This document shows positions 27,580-36,334 of a DNA stretch of 58,327 nucleotides, in pieces (position 1 is the first letter of the stretch; every line of letters starts with the position of its first letter). Under the pieces are notes generated by a model that worked only from the letters and a program-made list of their open reading frames with translations, was not told where the DNA came from and did no database searches. Position numbers and translations under genes: made by a program. Source of the stretch: a virus (lineage: Duplodnaviria; Caudoviricetes); IMG/VR virus record IMGVR_UViG_3300037742_000080, positions 1-58,327 of that record. The stretch is one strand, 5' to 3'.

Positions 27580-28793
27580 TAGAATGGCCCGGCCACGCTC
27601 ATGTAGGTGTCTACCGTGCCAGTCGTGTAGGCAATAGCGCTCGCGGAGTAGCAGTATGGCTCGAGGTAGTCCGTCGTGCCGTTGCAGTATACTAGGATGG
27701 AGCCGCCCGTGCCGTATACGCTGCCAGCATCCGGGCCCAGCACCCTGTGGAGTGAGCCATTCTTGCCAAGGCCGGCCACCAGCGTCGAGCTCGTGTTACG
27801 GCGCACCCGCATGTCGACGTGGTAGTAGCCCGCCTTCTTGGGCACGAAGCGCTTGTTCGTCGCGTCCCAGATTGAGTTGGTGTCGAACTCCACGTTGTCG
27901 ATGGGTATCTTTGCCCACGCTGAGGTGCTGTGCGAGTTTGCGGCGGTGGCCAGACTCACGAGGGCCTTGTCGAGGCTCGACCCAATCGTTATGGTGTCGC
28001 CTGCGTCGTTGACGGTGATCGAGACGCCGGTGCCTGCCACCAGGGCAGCACCGATGGCGTCGCGGGCCTGCTCGTCGGTGTACCCGGCGCCGGAGGCCGC
28101 AATGGTGATTGTGTCCCCGGCGTCGTTCACGGTGATCGTGACATTGGAGCCTGCTACCAGCGTGGTGCCCATGACGTCGCGCACCTGCTCGTCGGTGTAG
28201 GACCCCCCACCGCCCGCCGTGTTCTCGATGGTGATCGTGTCCCCGGCGTCATTCACGGTGATTGAGATGCCGGTGCCAGCCACGAGCGCGGTGCCGATGG
28301 CGTCGCGCACCCGCTCAGCCTCCGACATCGTGTCGATCGCCAGGGTGATCGTGTCGCCCGCGTCGTTGACTGTTATGGAGACACCGGTGCCGGCCGTCAG
28401 GGCGGCGCCGATGATGTCGCGCACCTGCTCGTCGGTGTAGGACGGCGTCTCCACGGCCCAGGCCGACGTCTTGTAGGTCACGCGGACGTCCTCGTCCTCC
28501 AGGTACGCCGTCCACCCGCGCCGCGGCGTGCCGAACTGCCATGCCGCGCCGTCATATATGGCGACGTGGCCCGCGTGCCCGGCCCACGACCCGGTTGGCG
28601 CGGTCGCGACGATGTATGTGTCGCCGGCGGCAGGACTGCCGGGCGGCGCCGCCAGGTCGCGGTCCTTGACTGAGAGGTGGAACCCGAACCGACCGAGCCG
28701 GAGCAGGTTGGCGTCCATGCCGGGCTTCCAGCCCGACTCGCCGAGATTCCACCCGTAGAAGAGGCCGCTGCGCGGCTCGGTCTGTGCAGGCAT
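27579..28793 (-). CDS. Tail fibre: DUF2793-like N-terminus, four ~37-aa repeats, C1q/TNF-like C-terminal head
   Basis: APPGSPAAGDTYIVA...WAGH; repeated EQVRD.IG.AL.AGTG.SITVNDAGDTITI; FDTNSIWD...FVPKKAGYY. Confidence 0.75.
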   Translation of the reverse strand: MPAQTEPRSGLFYGWNLGESGWKPGMDANLLRLGRFGFHLSVKDRDLAAPPGSPAAGDTYIVATAPTGSWAGHAGHVAIYDGAAWQFGTPRRGWTAYLEDEDVRVTYKTSAWAVETPSYTDEQVRDIIGAALTAGTGVSITVNDAGDTITLAIDTMSEAERVRDAIGTALVAGTGISITVNDAGDTITIENTAGGGGSYTDEQVRDVMGTTLVAGSNVTITVNDAGDTITIAASGAGYTDEQARDAIGAALVAGTGVSITVNDAGDTITIGSSLDKALVSLATAANSHSTSAWAKIPIDNVEFDTNSIWDATNKRFVPKKAGYYHVDMRVRRNTSSTLVAGLGKNGSLHRVLGPDAGSVYGTGGSILVYCNGTTDYLEPYCYSASAIAYTTGTVDTYMSVAGPF

Positions 28794-28806
28794 AAATTTT
28801 CTCCAA

Positions 28807-31800
28807 TCAAGGTGTAAAGGTGTATATCCAAGTCTTGCCAGTCGAGGGCGAAGCAGGCAGCCTAGTCACTATCGCGTTGTCGAAGGCGGCCACGAAGTAT
28901 CCGCTCGTCCCTGTCAAGGTCTTCTGCCGAACGATAGAGCCGTCGACCCCGCTAAGCCAGCATACCGGGCCGGCACTGGACTTGCTGTATGAGTAGTCCG
29001 AAGCCCCGCGCACGGCTTGCCTGCCGCCATCATAAAACCCGTCAGCGTATGAGGTGACTATGGAGCCATCGGCCGGGTTTACAACTACTACCCCGTTACC
29101 CCAGCTTGCTATAAACACCAGGTTGCCGTAAGCCGACACCTCACTGACGTACATACCAACGTTGGTGGTCCATAGTACCGAGGAGGTGGTAGGGTCGTAC
29201 GCCTTCAATTCCTGGTTGCCACTCTTTACAATTGCCACGCCACCGTACCAAGCCATTTCGCCGCCATTGCCGACTCCGCCAAGATCGGGAGCGTCATACG
29301 TGGCAATCACTGCCAGCGTTGCAGCGTCATGCTTGCGTAGTGCCCCTGACGAAGTCCCGTAGCTCCAGAGATTAGTTCCATCCCACCCAAGGTCGGATAT
29401 GAGGTCACCCCATGGCGCCGTCCAGGTGACCTGAGTCCCAGTCGACGGGTCCAGACGGTGTACATACGCGTCAGTAAGGTAGGCCGGAGTTGACGGGCTC
29501 GTCGTGCTGAAGCACGCCACGTAGAAGATGCCGCCAACTTCCAGCACACTCCTCGTCTCCGAGTCCGACAGCACAGGGCTAAGGTAGGTGCCAGAGTCGG
29601 TCGCGATGTCGCGTCCCAGCAGGTGTTGATCCTTGTACGACACGTTGACAGAGTCCCAGATGCCATACAGCACACCTGACAGGCGTACAGGGAAGCTGAC
29701 CGCCTGCGAGAGCTCGTCCACGCTGTCCCAACCGCCGCCCGATCCGCCACCAGTTACTGCGAACACCCAGTTGTGCTTCTGATAGCTGACCAGGCCGCCG
29801 CGCTCTGACTCAAGCTCCACGCGGTAGAAGGCGGTGTCGCCTGCATAGCGCGGTGCCTCGTACACCAGGAAGTTGCCCCAGGTAAAGGAGGCGGAGCCGT
29901 GGCGCACGTCGTCGAAGCTGATGAGCACCTGCTTGTCACCGTGCGGGAACACCATGGGGTGCGGCTGCGTGCTCGTACCGCCCTCAAAGAGCGCAGTCAG
30001 CGGGCCCTGGTACACCATGGAGGCGTTGAACACGCGGGAGGAGGTGCCCGACCCGGCAGGACCTCCGGCCATGATCCAGTATTGCCCGCCGGCAAGCAGA
30101 ATCTTGGTGCCCTCGTAGCCGGACGACGTGTCGGTGCCGAGGGCTGTCCACGTCACGAGGTCGGTCGAGTAGGCCGCGGCCGCGTAGAACGGGCTGCCTG
30201 AGAAGTCGGTCCGCTGTGTCATGGAGTAGGCGATGAGCCAGCGGGAGTTTGCCGAGTCGTAGACCATCATCGGGTCGTACGTGCCAGGACTTGTGCCGGA
30301 CTGCGGCAGGCTCAGCTGCGTCATGCCCGACACGACACGCGTGCCGGACAGCAGCTCCTGCGAGGTCTCGAGCTTGTGCAGGACATCGATTGCCCCGCCG
30401 AAGCCGTTGCCCCAGGTGCCGATCAGGATGCGGCGGTTGCCGGACGGATAGTAGATGATGTGTGGCACCAGGTCGTTGTAGACCTTGCCGCCGCGCTCCA
30501 CCATGATGGCTCCGACCTGCTGGTACGAGTAGCCCGTCAGGTCAAGCTCGAAGACGCCGGCGTATGCCTGGCCGCGTGCATCCGGCAGGGTGGCGGTGAA
30601 GAGCACCGTGTCGGCCGTCGGGTTGTACGGGCTGCCGTCCTCGTTTGTCACGAGGGTCTGGTCGCGCATGCCGACGCCGCCGTGGCGGCCCGCCTTCAGG
30701 TTGTCAAAGGCCCAGGTCACCGCGCCGTCCTTTGATGCAGAGAACGTCGAAGGGTGCCAGCCGGTCAGGTTGCCGGTGGTGCGGAAGTCGTAGGTGCCGG
30801 TCGAGATTGCCGTGCCGGTCACATACTGCCAGCCGGAACCGGTGTCCATGAACACAGTGACCGAGTCGACGACCAAGGCCATGGCGATCTTGAAGCTGGA
30901 TGGCACCGTCTTGGCCACGTTCGCCAGGAACGAGGTGCTGCCGCCACCAAAGCGGGCCTCCACGCGCACGGCGTTCTGCGTTTGCTGCGCTACCGCCATG
31001 ACGAAGTTGTCTTGGTCCTTTGCTAGCCCGACCCCGCCGTTGCTGTAGCCGGTGGCCGTGCCGGTGAGCACGACCTCAGCCTCGACCCACACGACGGGCA
31101 TTGTGAAGGCCACGGTGTTGATGGCGCCGAGGTCGTTCTTGTCTACCGCGTCATTCGGGTAGGACACCTGGTATTTGCCGCCAGAGATGCCCGCGGTGCC
31201 CGCAGTGCCGAGGGTGTAGTGGGTCACCTGCCCGGTGTCGGAGGCGTACGCCTCGACGTGGTCCACAAGCGCTGCCGGCAGCGGGTCAAAGTGGTCCACG
31301 TCCACGACCTTCGAGAACGACAGGTCACATGGAGCAAGCTCCGCCCCGCCACCGCCGGCGCCAGGGTTCGGCCACGAGTACGACGTGCCCGTCAAGCCTG
31401 ACTGGTCTTCAACTAGGGCGCCCGCGTCATTGTAGATGCGCAGGTTGTAGGTCGTGCCCGCCTCTGGGCCAATATTGCCCTCGGTCGTGTCGTAGATGGC
31501 GCCGGATGTCTGCTGCTTGCGGTCACGATGGGCCCACGTGAAGTCCACGGTAACGCCACTGGCTATTGCGGGATATGCTTCTCCATTCAGCTTGAAGTTG
31601 CCTGGAGGATAAGGGCGGAAGGCCCGCTGCGAGAGCGTGTGGCTTACCACTGGAGCTAGCCCTGCATCCAGGCGGCCGCCGCCGGTCACGGGTAGCAGCT
31701 TGGCACTCACCGTCTCGCCGGAGGAGTACTCGACGGCGTCCACTCCCTGATAGACATCCCAGAAGAATACGTGCTCGCCGGTCGGGTGCTCGGCCGGGAC

Positions 31801-33909
31801 GGTGTCCAAGACTCCGCGGCCGATGGTCATGAGGCCGGAAGAGTGATCGATGCTATCCACCCGGCACAGCTCGCTGCCGATCTGCACGTGCCTGCCGACC
31901 TCCACGAGGTCAAGGTCCGTCCCGCTCAGGACGATGACCGAAGTTGTTGTAATGGCCAGCGTTGCCGCCAGCACTGCGTGGGGACTGAAGTCCATGGTGC
32001 CTACCTCCTCGTAGCCGGCCCCGGAGTCCACCAGTAGACTCGCGTTTATGGCCGCACCGGGACGCCCGGCGCTGAGGATAATATAGCCCAGTTCAGGGGA
32101 TGTTGCGAGCCGGTTGTCAGCGTCCGTTTGCCCCATCGTTTGGACGAGCTCGTAGTAGGGAGCCTCGGTCATCATCTGCGCCAGCACTGGGGTAGGCTTG
32201 CCCGACGGGTCGGTCCATCCGCCATCGCCAGGCGGCGACACCACTACGGCGGACGGCAGGGCGAACACGTCCTCGACGGCGGTGATCTTGACCTGGTTGT
32301 TGCGCCCATCCCCAAGGGCGAGCCCGGTGACGCGCATCACGACGTCCTCGACCTCCAGGTCGGGCCAGCTCCACCGGAACACGTCACCGATGTTGAGCGT
32401 GGCGCCCTTGCGATTTGTGTAGATGGTCGCCGACAGCAGCGGGGTGGAGAACGCCTTCAGGTTGCGCAGGCCCACGCGCGCCGCGATGGTGGGGTTCGTG
32501 AAGCCCGGGTATTGCAGGGTAGTGTTGATGACGGCGCCCTGCATCTGGATGAGCGCCTGGTCCTGGATCGTGATGCTGCCGCTCTCGCTGTCGGCGCCAT
32601 TCCAATACTGGACCGTGACGGAGTTCACCAGCTCGCCGAACGTCGGCCGGGAGGCGTTCTCCACCTTCACGACATCGTCCTCGCCAATCTGCGGGATGGT
32701 GTCAAAGTCGTAGTCGTCCCGCATCAGCTTCAGCACAAACTTGCCGGTGGTGCGGTCCACGTACAGGGAGGCGCTGATGTGGCGCACCACCTCCTTGATG
32801 AAGTCCTCGATGGGAATCTGGCGGTCCCACAGGAGCGACATACCCATGCCCTCGGCGTGCAGCATGTCAGCCGCTGCCATGAAGGAGGTGTCGTCAACGT
32901 CGGACTCCTGGTACCCCATGCCCCAGTCCGGATCGGCGAGGCACTCGCGGATGATGTGCGCCGGGTTCATGTCCAGGATGGTGCGCTCCTGGTCGCGCAG
33001 GCGCAGGTCGAAGTAGAACCAGTTGTCCGGGCGCACGCCGCCGCTGTCGTCGCGGCCGCAGACGACGATGCTGTTCTCGCCCACGACGAAGTAGCTGCTG
33101 GGTATGGTCGTGAGGAAGTAGTGCCCGTAGGTGTCGTAGTTCGTGATGACCTTGGAGCCGTTCACCCAGACCTCGATGCCATTGTCGACGAACGCGTCGA
33201 ACCGGAATCCGCCGTCGGGCAGTGAGGACAGGTTGACGGTGGAGCGCAGCCACACCTTGCGCTGCTGAGGCACCACCGTGTTGGGCACGTTGGAGAATCC
33301 CCAGCCTGCCGGAACGCCGCTGCCGCTGCCCGTCCACGCCTTGTCGCCAAACGGCGAGGGCCCGTTCGGCCACGCGCTGTCGTCGTAGGCAGGGGACGAG
33401 TAGTCGCCGCCGTCCGTCAGGGACACGACCTTGTAGCGCCAGTACATGAAGCCCGCGCCGATGACGTCGTTGTAGGACTCGACCTCCGCCTTCTCGTCGT
33501 ACCACTGCGGCAGGCCGTCCTGGCGCACGTGGATGCGTTGCCAGCGCGCATCCCACTTCTTCAGGTAGGGGTTGATGCCGAGGTAACACTGGCGCAGGAT
33601 GGTGCTGACGACCCCGCGAAACGCGGGAATCTGCGCGCCGAGCTGCGACTGCAGGTAGGAGTTGCGGCCCTGCGACGGCAGGCCCATGGCCAGGTCGACC
33701 GTGCCGCTCACCCCGCCCTCGCGCGACTCTCCGCCGAACAGGTCCTCAGCGTTCACGGCAAACGAGCCATCCAGCCCGGTGCCCTTCCAGGCGTCTCGCT
33801 TGTCCACGCGCACGCGCAGAAGCTTGTCGACGGGGCCGTGGCACCACACCATGTGCATGCCAAGGTAATACTTGTACCCTACGGTTACTTCCTTGCTACT
33901 TCCGCCCAC
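28807..33909 (-). CDS. Tail tip / central fibre protein (about 1700 aa) with carbohydrate-binding and beta-propeller-like inserts
   Basis: GTG at 33909 with GGAGG RBS; VTVGYKYYLGMH, PAFRGV, MNPAHIIRE tail-tip motifs. Confidence 0.85.
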   Translation of the reverse strand: MGGSSKEVTVGYKYYLGMHMVWCHGPVDKLLRVRVDKRDAWKGTGLDGSFAVNAEDLFGGESREGGVSGTVDLAMGLPSQGRNSYLQSQLGAQIPAFRGVVSTILRQCYLGINPYLKKWDARWQRIHVRQDGLPQWYDEKAEVESYNDVIGAGFMYWRYKVVSLTDGGDYSSPAYDDSAWPNGPSPFGDKAWTGSGSGVPAGWGFSNVPNTVVPQQRKVWLRSTVNLSSLPDGGFRFDAFVDNGIEVWVNGSKVITNYDTYGHYFLTTIPSSYFVVGENSIVVCGRDDSGGVRPDNWFYFDLRLRDQERTILDMNPAHIIRECLADPDWGMGYQESDVDDTSFMAAADMLHAEGMGMSLLWDRQIPIEDFIKEVVRHISASLYVDRTTGKFVLKLMRDDYDFDTIPQIGEDDVVKVENASRPTFGELVNSVTVQYWNGADSESGSITIQDQALIQMQGAVINTTLQYPGFTNPTIAARVGLRNLKAFSTPLLSATIYTNRKGATLNIGDVFRWSWPDLEVEDVVMRVTGLALGDGRNNQVKITAVEDVFALPSAVVVSPPGDGGWTDPSGKPTPVLAQMMTEAPYYELVQTMGQTDADNRLATSPELGYIILSAGRPGAAINASLLVDSGAGYEEVGTMDFSPHAVLAATLAITTTSVIVLSGTDLDLVEVGRHVQIGSELCRVDSIDHSSGLMTIGRGVLDTVPAEHPTGEHVFFWDVYQGVDAVEYSSGETVSAKLLPVTGGGRLDAGLAPVVSHTLSQRAFRPYPPGNFKLNGEAYPAIASGVTVDFTWAHRDRKQQTSGAIYDTTEGNIGPEAGTTYNLRIYNDAGALVEDQSGLTGTSYSWPNPGAGGGGAELAPCDLSFSKVVDVDHFDPLPAALVDHVEAYASDTGQVTHYTLGTAGTAGISGGKYQVSYPNDAVDKNDLGAINTVAFTMPVVWVEAEVVLTGTATGYSNGGVGLAKDQDNFVMAVAQQTQNAVRVEARFGGGSTSFLANVAKTVPSSFKIAMALVVDSVTVFMDTGSGWQYVTGTAISTGTYDFRTTGNLTGWHPSTFSASKDGAVTWAFDNLKAGRHGGVGMRDQTLVTNEDGSPYNPTADTVLFTATLPDARGQAYAGVFELDLTGYSYQQVGAIMVERGGKVYNDLVPHIIYYPSGNRRILIGTWGNGFGGAIDVLHKLETSQELLSGTRVVSGMTQLSLPQSGTSPGTYDPMMVYDSANSRWLIAYSMTQRTDFSGSPFYAAAAYSTDLVTWTALGTDTSSGYEGTKILLAGGQYWIMAGGPAGSGTSSRVFNASMVYQGPLTALFEGGTSTQPHPMVFPHGDKQVLISFDDVRHGSASFTWGNFLVYEAPRYAGDTAFYRVELESERGGLVSYQKHNWVFAVTGGGSGGGWDSVDELSQAVSFPVRLSGVLYGIWDSVNVSYKDQHLLGRDIATDSGTYLSPVLSDSETRSVLEVGGIFYVACFSTTSPSTPAYLTDAYVHRLDPSTGTQVTWTAPWGDLISDLGWDGTNLWSYGTSSGALRKHDAATLAVIATYDAPDLGGVGNGGEMAWYGGVAIVKSGNQELKAYDPTTSSVLWTTNVGMYVSEVSAYGNLVFIASWGNGVVVVNPADGSIVTSYADGFYDGGRQAVRGASDYSYSKSSAGPVCWLSGVDGSIVRQKTLTGTSGYFVAAFDNAIVTRLPASPSTGKTWIYTFTP

Positions 33910-34102
33910 GTGCCACCTCCACAACTTTTAGGGCCATCGCGTCTCCGGTGGCCTCGATCTGTTTAGCAGGCAGCCCCTCCGCCAGGAAGCGCTGCCAGTC
34001 AAGCCCGTGTCGTTCGAAGAACACGCGGGCACCGCGGGAGCACATCCGCGCCGCGCGAACGTGCTCCATCGTCACGGTGACGTCGTCCGCGGCCGACGTC
34101 AC
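33896..34102 (-). CDS. Small tail assembly protein
   Basis: MCSRGAR.FF..HGLDW..FL.EG motif; tail cluster position. Confidence 0.75.
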   Translation of the reverse strand: MTSAADDVTVTMEHVRAARMCSRGARVFFERHGLDWQRFLAEGLPAKQIEATGDAMALKVVEVARGRK

Positions 34103-34332
34103 TTCTTCCCGCCCTTCTTCTTGATGGCGACAGTCCGCAGGTGGCCGTACCAGACCACGTTGGGGCTCTCAATGTCGCGCGTGCCGAACAGGACGGGAAT
34201 CTCGCGACCCTCCTCTGCCGTCGGGGCCTTGATGTCACCTAGGCCTGCCGGCGGCTGGGTCTGCGGCTTCGGCATCAGCGCGTAGCTGAGCACGAGGGCC
34301 GCGATGAACACGATGGCGTATACCCATGCCAT
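34099..34332 (-). CDS. Small tail tip protein
   Basis: PTAEEGREIPVLFGT...PNVVWYG. Confidence 0.75.
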   Translation of the reverse strand: MAWVYAIVFIAALVLSYALMPKPQTQPPAGLGDIKAPTAEEGREIPVLFGTRDIESPNVVWYGHLRTVAIKKKGGKK

Positions 34333-34343
34333 GAGTAGGCCTC

Positions 34344-35156
34344 CTATACGATGGACGAACCGCTGAATGGGTTCTTGGTTGGAATCCAGGAGAACCCGCC
34401 GTAGTTGTCCAGGTTGTTGAAAGTGCCCTGGCACGTCGACCTGGTGTGATCGCACCCGGGGTAGAGCGTGACGGCCGACCCGACCTGGTCCGGCAGCTGC
34501 TTGACGGCCCGGAGCAGCGTCACGATGTCGCCATTATGCCCGACCAGGTAGCGGAGTACGCCGTCGGGCGTCCGGATCATGCCTCCTACAAGATACCCGG
34601 CCGGCAGGGACGCCGCTGCTGGCACGGTGAGGTTCGCCCCGTCCACGGCGGTCAGCGTGCTGGCAGACCCCCAGTCCTCGGCGTTGAGGCGGCAGCCCCT
34701 ACCGTAGAGCGCGTGCCTACAGGTGCGCTGGTATCGTGCGCGCAGGCCAGGCCGGCGCAGCGAGGTGAAGATGGGCTCGCACTCGACGTTGAGCGACTCG
34801 CCGGAGGCCTTGAAGCTCGACACGCGGCCCTTCCAGTACGTGATAAACTGCCCGTCTGGGTCGTCCAGATGGCCGCGGTACAGCGTGACGGACGTCAGCA
34901 GGTCCGGCGTGTAGCTCAGGAAGGTCGACGCGAACTCGTGGCCACGCGGGAACTTAAGGGACAGAGTGTCCTTTGCCATCTCGCCGGACTGCGTTATGGC
35001 ACCGAGCTGGACCGCAGTCGGTGTCCAGTTGAAACCGAGGGCAGTCACGACACGGTTTGCGGTCGTGTACCTCCACTCGGATGTGCCTTGCACCAGGTGA
35101 AGCAGCAGGACGGGCCTGCCGCCCTGCACGGATGTCTCTAGGTCGTTGTAGCTCAT
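34344..35156 (-). CDS. Tail hub protein (DUF2163/BR0599 family)
   Basis: CRHALY...C and PGCDHTRSTC..FNNLDNYGGF.WIP motifs. Confidence 0.85.
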   Translation of the reverse strand: MSYNDLETSVQGGRPVLLLHLVQGTSEWRYTTANRVVTALGFNWTPTAVQLGAITQSGEMAKDTLSLKFPRGHEFASTFLSYTPDLLTSVTLYRGHLDDPDGQFITYWKGRVSSFKASGESLNVECEPIFTSLRRPGLRARYQRTCRHALYGRGCRLNAEDWGSASTLTAVDGANLTVPAAASLPAGYLVGGMIRTPDGVLRYLVGHNGDIVTLLRAVKQLPDQVGSAVTLYPGCDHTRSTCQGTFNNLDNYGGFSWIPTKNPFSGSSIV

Positions 35157-36331
35157 GGCAGCGGAATCCCCCGTACTGGTACTGACACGCTAGCCTCGCG
35201 GGCGGCGCGCCTCTTTATCTCGACCCGGTCGGCGTCGAACCGGGAGAAGGTCAGGATGCTGACACCGAGCACGTCGGCGGCAGCCATTGTGAAACCTGCG
35301 GCAGCGTGTAAGTCGAGCACCTCGAGGTCGCTGCTGGACCCGTACGCCTCGCCATAAGCCAAGCCCCAGCCGCCGTAGGCCGAGCCCCCGTCTACCTGCA
35401 TATAGTGCGTAGACCCGTCGCGACCGAGCAGCATCACGTCGAATGGCTCCGCGCCCACGTAGCCCGCCGCGCGCACGATTATCTGCACGCTGCCTGGCGA
35501 TATGTTGGAGATGACCTGCAGGTCGTTGTTCCAGCTGGGCAACCAGAAGCCCTGGAACTTGCCACGCTTGGTATGCAGCCAGCGCTTAAGGTCCCAGAGG
35601 GCTTGCCTGTCAAGCGTGTCCCAGCCCATGGAGCTTGTTGGGCTTGCGTAGGAGAACTCGGGGCCTCGCCACACAATCCCGGTGTCGCTGTCCAGCGTGG
35701 TGAGCTCGCGCTGCAGCACCTCACGGAGGTCGGACACCAGCACATTGGGGTCAGTCACCACCTCGTAGCCCTTGTAGGTCGGGTACGGCGCGATGGCTGA
35801 GGGCACGTTGGTGTCCACGACCTCGAAGCGCGCCGCGCCCTTCACCTGGTCCGTGCGCGACCGCACGACCTCTAGCGGCTGCATGAATGACGCCGTGACC
35901 ACCGGCAGGACGAGCGCGTCGGAGTAGTCCTGCTGCAGGGCTGGCGAGAAGGTGAACCCGTCGTCCGCGAGCTCGGCCACCGTTACGACCTCGTAGTGGA
36001 CCTCGTCCTGCCACACCATGGCCCTGCCGCCCTCCACGTAGCCGGTGAACCTCGTGTCGAGAGCGACCGACATAGCGCCGGCCGCCAATGCGCCGATGCG
36101 CGCGAAGTCTCCCCATAGCGGCAGGTTGAACTCCTCGCCAACGTATGCCAGCGACTGCGACCGCGCCCTGGCAAACTGCAGGGGCGTCATGATGTAGTCG
36201 TAGGCCAGCTCGGAGCGCGGGGTGACGCGCAGCGCCACCCTCTGCTCCTGCCCCTTGCCGCGCATGACATCGGTCATCCACTCGAGCGACTCGGTGAAGT
36301 CCCGCTGCGGGATGTATGCCCAAGTTTCCAC
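35153..36331 (-). CDS. Distal tail protein
   Basis: ESLEW.TD...EQR.ALR..PR, RG....FWLPSW; directly after tape measure. Confidence 0.75.
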   Translation of the reverse strand: METWAYIPQRDFTESLEWMTDVMRGKGQEQRVALRVTPRSELAYDYIMTPLQFARARSQSLAYVGEEFNLPLWGDFARIGALAAGAMSVALDTRFTGYVEGGRAMVWQDEVHYEVVTVAELADDGFTFSPALQQDYSDALVLPVVTASFMQPLEVVRSRTDQVKGAARFEVVDTNVPSAIAPYPTYKGYEVVTDPNVLVSDLREVLQRELTTLDSDTGIVWRGPEFSYASPTSSMGWDTLDRQALWDLKRWLHTKRGKFQGFWLPSWNNDLQVISNISPGSVQIIVRAAGYVGAEPFDVMLLGRDGSTHYMQVDGGSAYGGWGLAYGEAYGSSSDLEVLDLHAAAGFTMAAADVLGVSILTFSRFDADRVEIKRRAAREASVSVPVRGIPLP

Positions 36332-36334
36332 TGC

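Noticed and set aside
27579-33909. Diversity-generating retroelement or invertible tail cassette
   Set aside because: No reverse transcriptase, invertase or template/variable repeat pair seen
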